A stretch of DNA of 64,000 nucleotides, taken from assembly GCF_009914755.1 (NCBI RefSeq), contig NC_060935.1, one strand, 5' to 3'. Both the position numbers and the translations under genes were made by a program. The notes under the pieces were generated by a model. It was not told the DNA's origin and searched no databases. It was given only the letters and a program-made list of their open reading frames with translations. Position 1 is the stretch's first letter, and every line of letters begins with the position of its first letter. Below are positions 1 to 20,004 of the stretch, one piece after another. Source of the stretch: the human T2T-CHM13v2.0 reference genome, Homo sapiens.

Positions 1-157
1 TTTCTAAGGCTCTTGACCAGGCAGTAGACTGTGAACTGCCAGGGGTTCACACAGGTTTTCTAGGGTCTTCACACCGCTAACCACAGTTATGGTAACTCCT
101 TCATTTCCTTTTTAAACAAATGTTTTCCCAATTATCCCTTTAAAATTGGGCAGTTCA

Positions 158-497
<340 letters not shown>

Positions 498-557
498 TTA
501 GTGGCAATGAGCTAATAAACATTAACTAGGCCATGGTGGTTTTTTAAAATCATGATT

Positions 558-845
<288 letters not shown>

Positions 846-942
846 GAGGAAAAACTGATAAAACAGGTGCCCCCCTAAAATTTGAACGTTATATGCAAGA
901 CTGGGTTAAAATATGTTTAAAACACATCTAAAAAATGTATGA

Positions 943-1278
<336 letters not shown>

Positions 1279-1397
1279 TCAAGACAGTGGTCCTCCTTCC
1301 CTGCTGCCTTTACAGTTTGATTTCATCCTTGGCTTTTCATAATGGACATTTGTAAAGAGGGGAGATTTGCATCCAGGTCTAGGATTACAAGTATAGG

Positions 1398-2039
<642 letters not shown>

Positions 2040-2179
2040 ACAAGTGCTTTTTTATTAAATACTTCTGTGGTTCCCCTTCCCCATACAAAAAGGAAAAAAA
2101 AAAACAAAAAGGAAAGGGGAAGCTATTGTTCAGGGCCAGTAAGGGGTTTATCTAGCTTTGTGGCATAAAAGAACCCATA

Positions 2180-2312
2180 ATACTTAGTAAATTTAATAAT
2201 ATTTAATAAATTTATTAATATTTAACAGCATTTAATACATTTATTAATATTTAACAATACTTAATGGATTTGATAAATTTATTAATATTTAACATTACTT
2301 AATAAAATTAAT
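2180..2312. repeat. AT-rich degenerate tandem repeat
   Basis: ATTTATTAATATTTAAC recurs three times; several AT palindromes. Confidence 0.75.
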
Positions 2313-2417
2313 CCATTGTCTAGCCCTTGCATCTGAGAATTATTGCTGTAACAAAACACCAAGGACAACTAGGCCCTCCTACCTCCCTGTAGCCTCAACT
2401 AGATAAATGCAAACATG

Positions 2418-3018
2418 TTGGCTCATGCCTGTAATCCCAGCACTTTGTTAGTTTTTTTTTGTTTTTTGTTTTTTTTGAGCTGGAGTCTCCCTCTGTCACT
2501 CAGGCTGGAGTGCAGTGGTGTGATCCCGGCTCACTGCAACCTCTGCCTCCTGGGTTCAAGTGATTTACCTGCCTTAACCTCCTGAGTAGCTGGGACTACA
2601 GGAGTATGCCACCACGCCTGGCTCATTTTTTGTATTTTTAGTAGAGAAGAGGTTTCACTGTGTTGTCCAGGCTGGTGTCGAGCTCCTGAGCTCAGGCGAT
2701 CTGCCTGTCTCAGCCTCCCAAAGTGCTGGTATTACAGGCTCACCATGCCCAGCAATCCCAGCACTTTGGAAAGCCAAGATAAGATCTGTTGAGCCCAGGA
2801 ATTTGAGAGTAGCCTGGGCAACATAGGGAAACACCGTCTCTACAAAAATTAAAATACTAGCTGGGCTTGGTGGCATGTACCCGCAATCCCACCTACTTGG
2901 GAGGCTGAGGTGGGAGGATCACTGGAGCCTAGAAGGTTGAGGCTGCAGTGATCTATGATTGTGCCATTGCACTCCAGCCCAGACAACAGGATGAGACCTT
3001 ATCTCTTAAAAAATAAAA
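2418..3018 (+). mobile_element. AluJ-like, interrupted by an antisense Alu
   Basis: Alu sequence stops at 2447 and resumes at 2754; outer TSD AGATAAATGCAAAC(A/G)TG at 2401 and 3019. Confidence 0.9.
2448..2753 (-). mobile_element. AluS, antisense, nested in the AluJ
   Basis: Reverse-complement Alu flanked by TSD AATCCCAGCACTTTG (2433-2447, 2754-2768). Confidence 0.95.
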
Positions 3019-3843
3019 AGATAAATGCAAACGTGAATCACCTACAGAGTTAAAAGGCCACAAATGTTCCAATGTTAGCAGGGAGCCTAGGAGGGAAGAA
3101 GCCTCCACAGCTGCCCCAGTCAACCCAACTAAGAGAAAGAGGTTGGCGGCCAGAGAAATAGGTAAGGCAAGCCTTCATTTGAGCCCATCAGCTTCTGCAG
3201 AAAAAATATTCCATGGTCATGGGATGACCTGACGGACTGATGCAAACTGTCCACACAGCTAGTTTATCTTTGCCTCCTCTCTAGATCCAAAATGTACTGG
3301 AAACGAATGCCATATGAGATCTATCCCTGCCCTCCTTTTCACACACCCTTTCTAGGAGAGCCCACACAAGCTGATGACCCTAGAATTCTGGTTAACATAA
3401 ATCTAGATATCATGCTAGATAGAGCTCTGTCTTTCCAACTATCTTTTAGACATCTTTACCTGGATGTCCTGAGCATCCTATGTCCAAAGATTAATTCCTT
3501 CTCCCCAACAACATATGTTCTTTGTTTCTCCACTTTCCCTGTCTCAGTTAATTACACTGCCATGCACCAAGATACCTGAGCCAGAAACCTGAAGGGCATC
3601 CTCCAGTCCTCCTTCTGCCCACCTCCTGTTTCTATTCACTGTGTCAGCAATAAGCTGTCCTGATATTTTACCTCCTAAATATCTCTTAAAACCTCACTTC
3701 CCCTTCATATTCACTGGCACCCCCTATTCAGCATCTCATCACTCAATAAACAATATTTAATGAGTATAAAGCATAGCTAGGTGTTTTAAAAGAGAATAAA
3801 AACAGTGTGATCTTTGTTTTCTAGTGGCTTAACATCTAGTTAC

Positions 3844-4141
3844 TTTTTTCTTTTTTTTTTTTTTCTGAGATGGAGTCTTGCTCTGTTGCCCAGGCTGGAG
3901 TACAGTGGCGTGATCTCAGTTCACTGCAACTTTTGCCTTCCAGATTCAAGCAATTCTCCTGCCTCAGCAAGTAGCTGGGATTACAGGTGCCCACCACCAC
4001 ACCCAGCTAATTTTTCTATTTTTAGTAGAAATGGGATTTTACCATGTTGACCAGGCTGGTCTTAAACTTCTGACCTTGTGATCCACCAACCTTAGCCTCC
4101 CAAAGTGCTAGGATTACAAGCATGAGCCATGGTACCAAGCC
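3844..4141 (-). mobile_element. AluS, antisense
   Basis: Reverse-complement Alu; TSD AACATCTAGTTA at 3831 and 4142. Confidence 0.95.
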
Positions 4142-4257
4142 AACATCTAGTTATTTCTTATCTGAACTATTCAGCTGTACTCTTGCCTCTTACCATTCAT
4201 TCCCTAAACAATACCCAGAGTGTCTCCTCCTCAAAACTTAAATTAGATCATTTAATT

Positions 4258-4478
4258 CAGGGGTCAGTAAACTTTTTCTATAAAAACAAGACAGTGAATA
4301 TTTTAGGTTTCTGGGTCATATGTTTCTGTTGAAACTACTCAACTCTGCTCTTGTAACATTAAAAACAGCCCTGGACAATATGTAAACCCATGGGTGAGAC
4401 TGTGTTCCAATATGGTTTATTCATTAAAATAGGCAGCAGGACAGATTAGACCCATGGGCCGTAGTTTGCCAACCCCTG
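4258..4478 (+). mobile_element. MER58A-like hAT-Charlie non-autonomous DNA transposon
   Basis: TIRs CAGGGGTCAGTAAACT ... AGTTTGCCAACCCCTG; perfect 8-bp TSD ATTTAATT (4250, 4479), the hAT-typical length. Confidence 0.85.
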
Positions 4479-5094
4479 ATTTAATTGCAATGCTTCTTAC
4501 TCCATTGGATTTAATCCAGATTCCTTTCCATGGCCTAGAAGGTGCTCCATCCTCATCTGAATATTACTTGCTCCTCTAGGCTCCACTATGCTCCAGCCAC
4601 CCTGACCAGCTTTATGGTGCTTAAACACTATGCCAAGTCTGTTTACATCTCAGGTCGCTGCACTTGACATTCTACCCAGCAGGACCAGACCAGATCTTGA
4701 CCAGATCTTCTTCAAGCTGCCTCAGCTCAAATGTCAGAGAGGTCTTCACTGCCCACCCCAATAGGTCAGTACCCATTCCAATGCCCAAACATTCTAACTC
4801 CCATAGCTCTATTTATTTTCTTCAAATTACTTATCACCATCTGAAAAAAATATCATTTGTTGCATGTATATAGCCTGCTTCCCCACCACCACACCACCAC
4901 AAGAATGGAACCTCCCCGAGAATAGAGACTGAGTTACTCATTCTCCCCTAGTTCCCAGGACCTAGATATGTGTCTGGCACTTAGCAGGGGCTCAAAAAAT
5001 ATCTGTTATCTGAACTGTTATTGCCCCTAGTTTCACTCCCTTCAACTCACTGGTATCTTCACTACCACTAGTCATCTTTCAAAAATACAAATGG

Positions 5095-5425
5095 GGCCAA
5101 ATACAATGGCTCACACCTGTAATTGCAGCACATTGGGAGCCTAAGGCAGGAGGATCTCCTGAATCTAGGAGGGTGAGGCTGCAGTGAGCCATGATCATGC
5201 CACTGCAGTCTAGCATAGGAAACAGAGTAAAACCCTGTCTCAAAAAAAAAAAAAAAAAATTACCATTGTGTGGTGGTACACACCTGTAGTCCCTGCTACT
5301 TGAGTGGCTGAGGCAAGAGGATCACTGAGCCCAAGAGTCTGAGGTTACAGTGAGCTATGATTGTGACACTGCATTCATGCCTGGGCAACAGAACAAGACT
5401 CTGTCTCAAAAAAAGAGAAAAAAGT
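5095..5425 (+). mobile_element. Atypical old Alu dimer (both monomers end in right-arm sequence)
   Basis: First monomer contains GAGGCTGCAGTGAGCCATGATCATGCCACTGCA; outer TSD AAAATACAAATG at 5082 and 5739. Confidence 0.8.
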
Positions 5426-5426
5426 G

Positions 5427-5760
<334 letters not shown>

Positions 5761-6069
5761 TCATGTCACTCTCCTGCTTAAAATATTTTGATGGCTCCCC
5801 ACTGGCTTTAAGATACAAATGCAAATTAAGTGGCAAGATCACTACAGCTCTTATCACACCTTCCCACACTCTTCCAGTGGTAGACTGAGGTCTAAGTGGC
5901 AAGGACCAACTCCTGTTTATCTTTTGATCTCAGGTGGTCAGCACAGTACCAGGAACACTGTTGGTATTCCATGAATGGAGAATGAAATCATTCAACAGTA
6001 GTACAACAACTACCACAAAGCAGAAATCTAATGCAATAACTCAGTAAGTAACCATTTTAAAGGCAATGA

Positions 6070-6396
<327 letters not shown>

Positions 6397-7599
6397 TCTT
6401 TCTTTTCTTTGGAAGTTACTTTTGTGGGGGCTATGCTTATAACTATGAATCTGACTTTGGATTTTTCCACGAAGATTTTACCTGGCAGGCAGCCACTTAC
6501 AACTTTCTATAAGAATGAAGGGAGGAGGCAGGAAGATAAGTCATACAAATCTATCATGCTGTTTCTTGTGATTGGCTCTGGTAAAAGGGTTAGGAAAAGA
6601 GACATAACACGCAGGCTAAAATGCAACTTAGGGATTCTCCATAGATTCCAAGTGTCTACATTCTCCTTGTCACCTATTAGCAAAGAAAACCCAATGCTGG
6701 CTGGTTTGCTGTATAAAATAATCTAAGAGATTCACGGAATTTGCTCAGGATGATTTCACCAATAGAATGGAAATTGTTCCTTCTAGAAGAATTTCCATTA
6801 GCCCTTTGAAATCCTTCAACATTCATTAAAGCCAAAGAGTTTTCACCTAATTTAATCTGATGGGTATGTGACCAGAGTCCTTCTAGGGAATACAGACTCC
6901 CAGACTATTCAGCTGGAAAGTGAGGAGGGAATTTACTACTCAAAATCAAAGGGAAATAAAAAGAGGCCAACCTAGAATGTCATTATTCTTGCTTGGTGAG
7001 GAGGGGAATGGATTCCAGAGTTATTCCATGACATTTACATGACCTCCTTATTAGCATCTAAAAGCTTCCAGTGCTGGATGCAGCCAGCTACAATCTCTTC
7101 TAATGTAATAAAATCTGCTTCAGTGAAGCTTAGGCAGAGCCATCCCCAGAATCCAGAAATAATAGGCTATAAATTACTGGATCTCCCATTTGATATCATG
7201 AAGTATAAGCACAGTCCTGTGTGACCATTAACCTAAGCCCAGGTAGGACCTTGTTTACTAGAGTATTAGGCATGGGTTGGGGCAACGATTCTAACCAGAT
7301 AAATTGGCTCCAGTGAGGGCAGGTTTGCAATCCAAGGCACGGCATGCATAGGGCTGGTGAAATTCAGGGTGATTGAAGCAAAAGCTTCAGAACAAGACCA
7401 CATCTGCGGGTAGAGCAGAAAACTCTCAAGAGATGAATCTTTTTAAGAGTGAGGCAGAGCTACATAGTAGTTTTAGGAGATCAGTTCGTTCCCAGCAAGA
7501 GCTCCATACTGGCTATAAGCAGGGATGCATGCTGTAGTCTCAGGAGGGGAGGTTCACAAAAGTAATTCAGACCAAGAGCCCAAACTGTATTCTCTACTA

Positions 7600-8110
7600 A
7601 AAGGAATCAAGGCTTCCTACAGAAATGGCTGACTTCTTGTATGGTGCAGTATATAGATCATGGAACATCTTTTATGCCAGAAAGCAATGAAGCCATCAAA
7701 GTCCAACAAGATCACGTCAAAAAGACATGAGAGACAACTTGAAGAGATAATTATTTACCTAGATGAGACAAGGTATGCATCCAAAACAATTAATAAATAA
7801 TAACTGCAATGGTCTAAAATATATCAAATGCAAACAATAATCTATGAATTCACAATGATATTCAGGAAAAAAAAAAACTATTGGTCACTAGAGTAGAGGT
7901 TACTAGGTCACTAACTCCTTATTCTGAAAAGTGACTTAAAATGGGAGGTAGGGTGGAGAATTCAGTATGTATCCAGTTTTTCCTCTACAAACAAATTTTT
8001 AGGGAGATTGAATAAGATGAAATAAATCTGGCAAAATGGAGATAACTGCTTAATCTGGGGGTTGGATACATGGAGGTTCATCATATTTCTTTTGTGTATA
8101 TTTGAACCCC
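7600..8110 (+). mobile_element. Probable ancient L1M/L1ME 3'-end fragments
   Basis: Resembles old L1M 3'UTR by recall; highly diverged. Confidence 0.4.
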
Positions 8111-8152
8111 CTCCAAAAAAAGCACAAGACAGAATGTGAGCTAAGCAGCTTA

Positions 8153-13965
<5,813 letters not shown>

Positions 13966-15419
13966 TGGCATTATATGTGAATGCTTATTATTTCAGAAAT
14001 GCAGATTTGTTTATATGGTTGGAGTTTCTAAGTCCTCTGCACTATCCATTAGTGCTGTCTGTCTGGATGTGTTTCCTGATCTTTGTGTGAGGAAGTTGCC
14101 CCTGTTCAACATGACTCAAAAAGAAAATAATAGACTCATTGGAGTTTTGTCATGATGTGCCAGGGGCATCATGAATGATGTCTCCCACGAAGAATGACAG
14201 CAGCTGCCAAAGGATGCAGTAGGCAGGCACTGGCCCGATTACAGAGCAGTGAGTCAGTTTCAGGAGGCTGTGTGGAAATACAACTGATTCCTGAGGCAGT
14301 GAGGAAGGGGGAAGAGCCGGAAGAAGTTACAGGGAGAAGCAGAGGATGCTGCCTTCATTGGAGGATGCTTCAGTCCTGAGCAAAGTGGAGAAGAACTAAA
14401 GGCCATAGCACTCCCTTTGGTGAATGGTTGAATGGTTTGGAAAGGGGAAAGAGTGAAAGGGGAATGACAGTGTTACATGGGACACATTAGAAGGCAGCTG
14501 AGAAAGATGAAGAAAATTCCTCAGATTAGGGAGCCACAGAACTGGCTTCTAGCACTGGAACTCTCTCTCACTGTGTGACTTAGACAAATTATCTCCACTT
14601 TTCTTGTGGATCTTGTGTAAAATAAAATGGTCTGATGTCTTCTAAAGGTCCTTCCAACCAGAAAATGATCTGAGCAAAACAGTCTTATATGACACTGCTT
14701 CTGAGTCTATAAACACACACATTTAACTCAGACTATTTCAACTGCATGCCTGGCAAAAAGAGAAGGAGTAGGTGGAGTGGAAGGGAGAAGAGAGAGAGCC
14801 CAAGACCAAGACAGAATAAACCCATAAATGAAGCAATGATGATAATGCTGGCCCATCTTCACATCTATGAAGTGACTTAGCCAGAGTGACTTAGAAGACA
14901 CTTGATTCTTCACCCCTCACATTTCATCTCAGCACCTACTGTATGAGCATCTCACCCTCTTGAAAAACACTGGTGTTTAAACATATTACTCTTATGATGA
15001 AGGAAGAAAACCTGTTTGGGTTGGGTTTAGAGAAAAATGGCACATTGAACTTTTATGTAGTGTCTTCCTAAATAATCTTCAATGACAATTCATAATATAT
15101 GTGATTTTTTTCTTACCTCATGTGCTGACTCCAGAATTGTAGAATGCTACACCTACTTCCTTTTACTGTTCTGGGAATCGCAGTTGTAACTTAGGGAGTG
15201 TATTAAAGAGATCCACTAAGCCATGAAGACCTGGATGAGATCATAGTCATCATTCTTAGAGTATCTGTCTAAAAGTGATGACAGTAACAAAAATAACTAA
15301 TTTGTGTCAAGGGTCTTTGTGCCATGTACCGTGTGGAACATTTTATACATATTCTCAGGTTTTCCACAACGATCTCATGGTTCGCTCAACAACTAACTTA
15401 CTTTATTGCCCACTTACTA

Positions 15420-16020
15420 CATGACAGAAAGTCTTCTCAGCTCCAGGGAGATAGTAGCAAACAAAATGAAATAAAGTTTCTGTTCTTATGATGTTGAATT
15501 CTGATGAGAGAGAGATGATAAACAAATAAATATATACAGCATCAAGTGATGAGAAGCCGTATGGAGAAAAATGAAGCAGGATAAGGATAGAGAATGTCAA
15601 AGGGAGGCTTACATCTGTAATCCCAGCACTTTGGGAGGTTGAGGCAGGAGGATCACATGAACCCAGGAGTTCAAAACCAGCCTGGGCAACATAGTGAGAC
15701 CCCGTCTCTACAAAAAACTTTAAAAAATTAGCTGGATGTGGTAGCATACACCTATAGTCCCACCTACTTAGGAGGCTGCCTTGGGAAGATTGCTTGAGCC
15801 AGAGAGGTTGTGGCTGTAGTGAAATGTAATCACACCACTGGACTCCAGCCCGGGTGGCAGAGCTAACCTGTCTCAAAAATGTTTATATATATAAACATAA
15901 AAATATGATATATATAACTATATAAAAAAGACAGAGGATGCCAGAAGGAAAGGTGGGTGCAATTTAAATAGGGTGGACAGAGATGTCTCTCTGGTAAGGG
16001 TGAGCAAGCAAGGGAATGAG
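15420..16020 (-). mobile_element. L2 remnant interrupted by an Alu
   Basis: L2-like antisense sequence on both sides of the Alu at 15606. Confidence 0.5.
15606..15879 (+). mobile_element. AluJ-like
   Basis: J-type motifs (CAGGAGTTCAAAACCAGCCTGGGCAACATAG); short tail. Confidence 0.9.
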
Positions 16021-16666
16021 TCCTATGCCCAGGCCAAGAAAGCACTGGGATTGCCCTGTCTGCACATGGGGAAACCAAGCTTCCAAAGCCTCTTATTTAA
16101 TAAAAGATGATGATCTCACTACATCTCAACACAGCCTCTGCTTCACATATAACCAGATACAGGTCAGAAGAGGGCTGTGACTATACGAGATTAGCAAGTC
16201 CAGTGGAAACACGAAACTCCACACGTCTCCTAGCACATCATTGCTTTGTCTGTGTAAAGCTTGATCTGGTTGATTTCTTCCTATTACATTGAAATAACAG
16301 AATGGAAAGTTGCATTGGTGTTACATAGAAAATTTATAAGTTTTCCTGATTGTTTTCTCCCTTTTACTCAATCCAGGAATAAAGAGTCAATGCAGCATGG
16401 ATTCAGACATGCTCACAGAGGGTCAGGGGACTCCTCAAAGAGGTTGCAGGGACTTCTTTGTCAGGTGACAGAGATGTTCAGTGGTCAGAGCTCCAGGTTG
16501 ACAACCCCTGCTTTAACCAGAGCATCAGTGACTCTGTATTATACACTGTGGCTCTGAAAATGAGATTTCTGGGACCCGCACAAAGCTTGAAAATAGTGTG
16601 CATGTGATGGCTCCTTGTGAAGAGGAAATAAAGATGTTCTTTGAGTCATCTTAAAAAACTGGCTTT

Positions 16667-17345
16667 AAAGTCAGGAAACAACAGGTGCTGGAGAGGATGT
16701 GGAGAAATAGGAACACTTTTACACTGTTGGTGGGACTGTAAACTAGTTCAACCATTGTGGAAGTCAGTGTGGCGATTCCTCAGGGATCTAGAACTAGAAA
16801 TACCATTTGACCCAGCCATCCCATTACTGGGTATATAACCAAAGGACTATAAATCATGCTGCTATAAAGACACATGCACACGTATGTTTATTGCGGCATT
16901 ATTCACAATAGCAAAGACTTGGAACCAACCCAAATGTCCAACAATGATAGACTGGATTAAGAAAATGTGGCACATATACACCATGGAATACTATGCAGCC
17001 ATAAAAAATGATGAGTTCTTGTCCTTTGTAGGGACATGGATGAAATTGGAAATCATCATTCTCAGTAAACTATCGCAAGAACAAAAAACCAAACACCGCA
17101 TATTCTCACTCATAGGTGGGAATTGAACAATGAGATCACATGGACCCAGGAAGGGGAAAATCACACTCTGGGGACTGTGGTGGGGTGGAGGGAGGGGGGG
17201 AGGGATAGCATTGGGAGATATACCTAATGCTAGATGACGAGTTAGTGGGTGCAGCGCACCAACATGGCACATGTATACATATGTAACTAACCTGCACAAT
17301 GTGCACATATACCCTAAAACTTAAAGTATAACAAAAAAAAAAAAA
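16667..17345 (+). mobile_element. 5'-truncated young L1 (L1PA2-like), ~680 bp
   Basis: ORF2 C-terminus (..[28 protein letters not shown]) plus 3'UTR and poly-A; GAG rather than Ta ACA at the diagnostic site; TSD AAAAAACTGGCTTTAAA (16653, 17340) at a TT/AAAA site. Confidence 0.92.
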
Positions 17346-17429
17346 CTGGCTTTAAATGCAAAATTTCCTTAAAAGTTTCCAGTGGAATAAAAATCATAGG
17401 TGGTAGCTTGTATGTTTTCAAAAATAAAT

Positions 17430-18320
17430 GTTTTTTTATGTGTTTCTTGGCTGCATAAATGTCTTCTTTTGAGAAGTGTCTATTCATATCCTTTGCCCAC
17501 TTTTTGATGGGGTTGTTTGTTTTTTTCTTGTAAATTTATCTGAGTTCATTGTAGATCCTGGATATTAGCCCTTTGTCAGATGAGTAGGTTGCAAAAACTT
17601 TCTCCCATTCTGTAGGTTGCCTGTTCACTCTGATGCTATTTTCTTTTGCTGTGCAGAAGCTCTTTAGTTTAATTAGATCCCATTTGTCAATTTTGGCTTT
17701 TGTTGCCATTGCTTTTGGTGTTTTAGACATGAAGTCCTTTCCCATGCCTATGTCCTGAATGGTATTGCCTAGGTTTTCTTCTAGGGTTTTTATGGCTTTA
17801 GGTCTAACATGTAAGCCTTTAATCCATCTTGAATTAATTTTTTATAGTGGCACTATTCACAACAGCAAAGACTTGGAACCAACCCAAATGTCCAACAACA
17901 ATAGACTGGATTAAGAAAATGTGGCACATATACACCATGGAATACTACACAGCCATAAAAAATGATGAGTTCATGTCCTTTGTAGGGACATGGATGAAAC
18001 TGGAAACCATCATTCCCAGCAAACTCTCGCAAGGACAAAATACCAAACACCGCATGTTCTCAGTCATAGGTGGGAATTGAACAATGAGAACACATGGACA
18101 CAGGAAGGGGAACATCACACACTGGGGACTGTTGTGGGGTTGGGGGAGAGGGGAGGGATACCATTAGGAGATATACCTAATGCTAAATGACGAGTTAAAG
18201 GGTGCAGCACACCAACATGGCACATGTATACATATGTAACAAACCTGCACGTTGTGCACATGTACCCTAAAACTTAAAGTATAATAATAATAAACTAAAT
18301 AAATAAATAAATAATTAATT
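17430..18320 (+). mobile_element. 5'-inverted (twin-primed) L1PA element
   Basis: Antisense ORF2 piece 17430-17845 joined to a sense 3' end from ~17846; TSD AAAAATAAAT at 17420 and 18321. Confidence 0.88.
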
Positions 18321-18472
18321 AAAAATAAATTATGGTACAATGGAATGTTCACCCAGACAAATTAATTATTCATTCCCTTACCCTAATTCAACAGTATTCC
18401 ATACACAGCACTTATCACAGTGCTTACTCATATTTATATGTTTGTCTGAGTTTCCCTGAAAACTAGGGATTC

Positions 18473-18473
18473 A

Positions 18474-18520
<47 letters not shown>

Positions 18521-18521
18521 A
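18473..18521. repeat. (AAAT)n microsatellite
   Basis: About 12 perfect units. Confidence 0.95.
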
Positions 18522-19008
18522 TGTTGTATGCAGGTATGGTATTGGGTGAGAAAGGATTTTAGGCAATTCTAATCAAAGATTTGAAGAAACAATTAAAGAT
18601 CACTGCCTGACTATGCTTTTCTCTCTCATCTTTTCTGATGGATGTAATGGATATGACAGGCTCTATTTAAATACACAAACATGGGTACTTATCTATAGAC
18701 TAGAGCTTTATGGGTTTTTTTTAAGGTCAGTTCTTTTTTAAATATAAACATTGAATGAGGAGGGACTTCTTCAACTCCAAACATTTCAGGAAACGTCTAA
18801 TTTTCATACTGATTAAATTAGAAGTCTTACCCATTATGTGAATAAATAAAAGGAAGAACTGTAAAGAGGCATTGAAAGCCAGAGTTTCTTGTCCAATGAA
18901 GTTAATAAGAAAATAATTTCCTCATAATTTCACTGTTTGTTGCAGTTTGGTTTAAAAAAAATGGTGAATATTCAGGGCATATAGATAGATGTTGTTGGCT
19001 GTGGTGGT

Positions 19009-19010
<2 letters not shown>

Positions 19011-19054
<44 letters not shown>

Positions 19055-19091
19055 TGCGTGTGTGTGCGTGTGTGTGTGTGTGTATATATGT
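19011..19091. repeat. (TG)n microsatellite with CG/TA interruptions
   Basis: About 80 bp of unbroken purine-pyrimidine alternation. Confidence 0.95.
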
Positions 19092-19149
19092 TCAAGGGTT
19101 TGCTGAGAAAAAAAGGCCTGTCTCCCCTTTTTTCCCCCTAAAGGACCAT

Positions 19150-19570
19150 TAAAGCAGGGAACAGCAATTATTCTCCAGTTTGCATTTGCTCTTTTCTCCT
19201 TTGAGTGATAGCCCCTCACTGCTTTTTGGCAGGTCACATGGCTGCCTATTAGAAATATTAGAAATGCTTCCCAGGAGCTAAGCGATGCTTTGTGACTAAG
19301 CTCTCACCAATGGAGCAAGAGTGGAAGTGACAGGCAGACCTGCTGAGCCACCTCCTTAAATACAATTTGTTTCCTCTTTACTTTCTCTCTTTCCTCCTCA
19401 CCATGAACAGGAACTTGGATACATAGTGTGAACCATTCTTACCTAGGTAGGTGAGAAACACACTGGAGGGTGACAGAGCACCATGGGAGAAGGAAGAAGG
19501 AAGAAGTATCCACCCATGGATGCTCGGGTAATTTAGTGGAGAGGAGCTACCTACAGCATGCATCACATGC
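19150..19570 (+). mobile_element. Probable old MaLR LTR (MLT1-family) remnant
   Basis: GTGACTAAGCTCTCACCAATGGAGCAAGAGTGGAAGTGAC resembles MLT1 by recall; boundaries approximate. Confidence 0.5.
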
Positions 19571-20004
19571 CTAACGGATCTGAGGAAAAATTAAAAGTTG
19601 ACCTGGACCCAGAATACTGAATTTTTGAATCCCATTCTTTACCAGCCATCTATTATCCTTTTAGGTGCACAAGAAAATTGTATATGTAAATGAGGATTTA
19701 GTTTCAAACTCTAGTTCTCTGCTCCACTGGATCACGCAGAGCAAATGTTGCAAACCTGGTCACCAACAGGGGCTGGGCAGGTAAGTGCAAAGAAGCAAAA
19801 CTTACTGAGTAGAGCTTGGTGTAGTGGAGAATGTGTGATCCACCTAAAGGACTGTTGTTCTGGGACATGGGCCTCAGCATTTCTTGATATTTTTACCTGT
19901 TTAAAAGAAAATAGAAATCCAGATTTTTTAAAAGTAGAATCCACAGACTTTTTAATTAACAAGCTAAGTTTCACAACATTTTAAAGTAAAAATACTATGC
20001 ACAC

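Larger units (their letters stand above)
3400..5020 (+). mobile_element. Fragmented L2 (LINE2) remnants hosting an Alu and MER58A
   Basis: L2-like stretches (GACATCTTTACCTGGATGTCC; CCTAGATATGTGTCTGGCACTTAGCAGGGGCTCAAAAAATATCTG); boundaries approximate. Confidence 0.6.

Noticed and set aside
6730-7260. Processed pseudogene of a nameable gene
   Set aside because: The minus-strand frames I translated contain stops, I recognise no protein, and there is no poly-A/TSD pair.
16667-17345. L1HS-Ta polymorphic insertion
   Set aside because: The diagnostic site reads GAG, not ACA or ACG.
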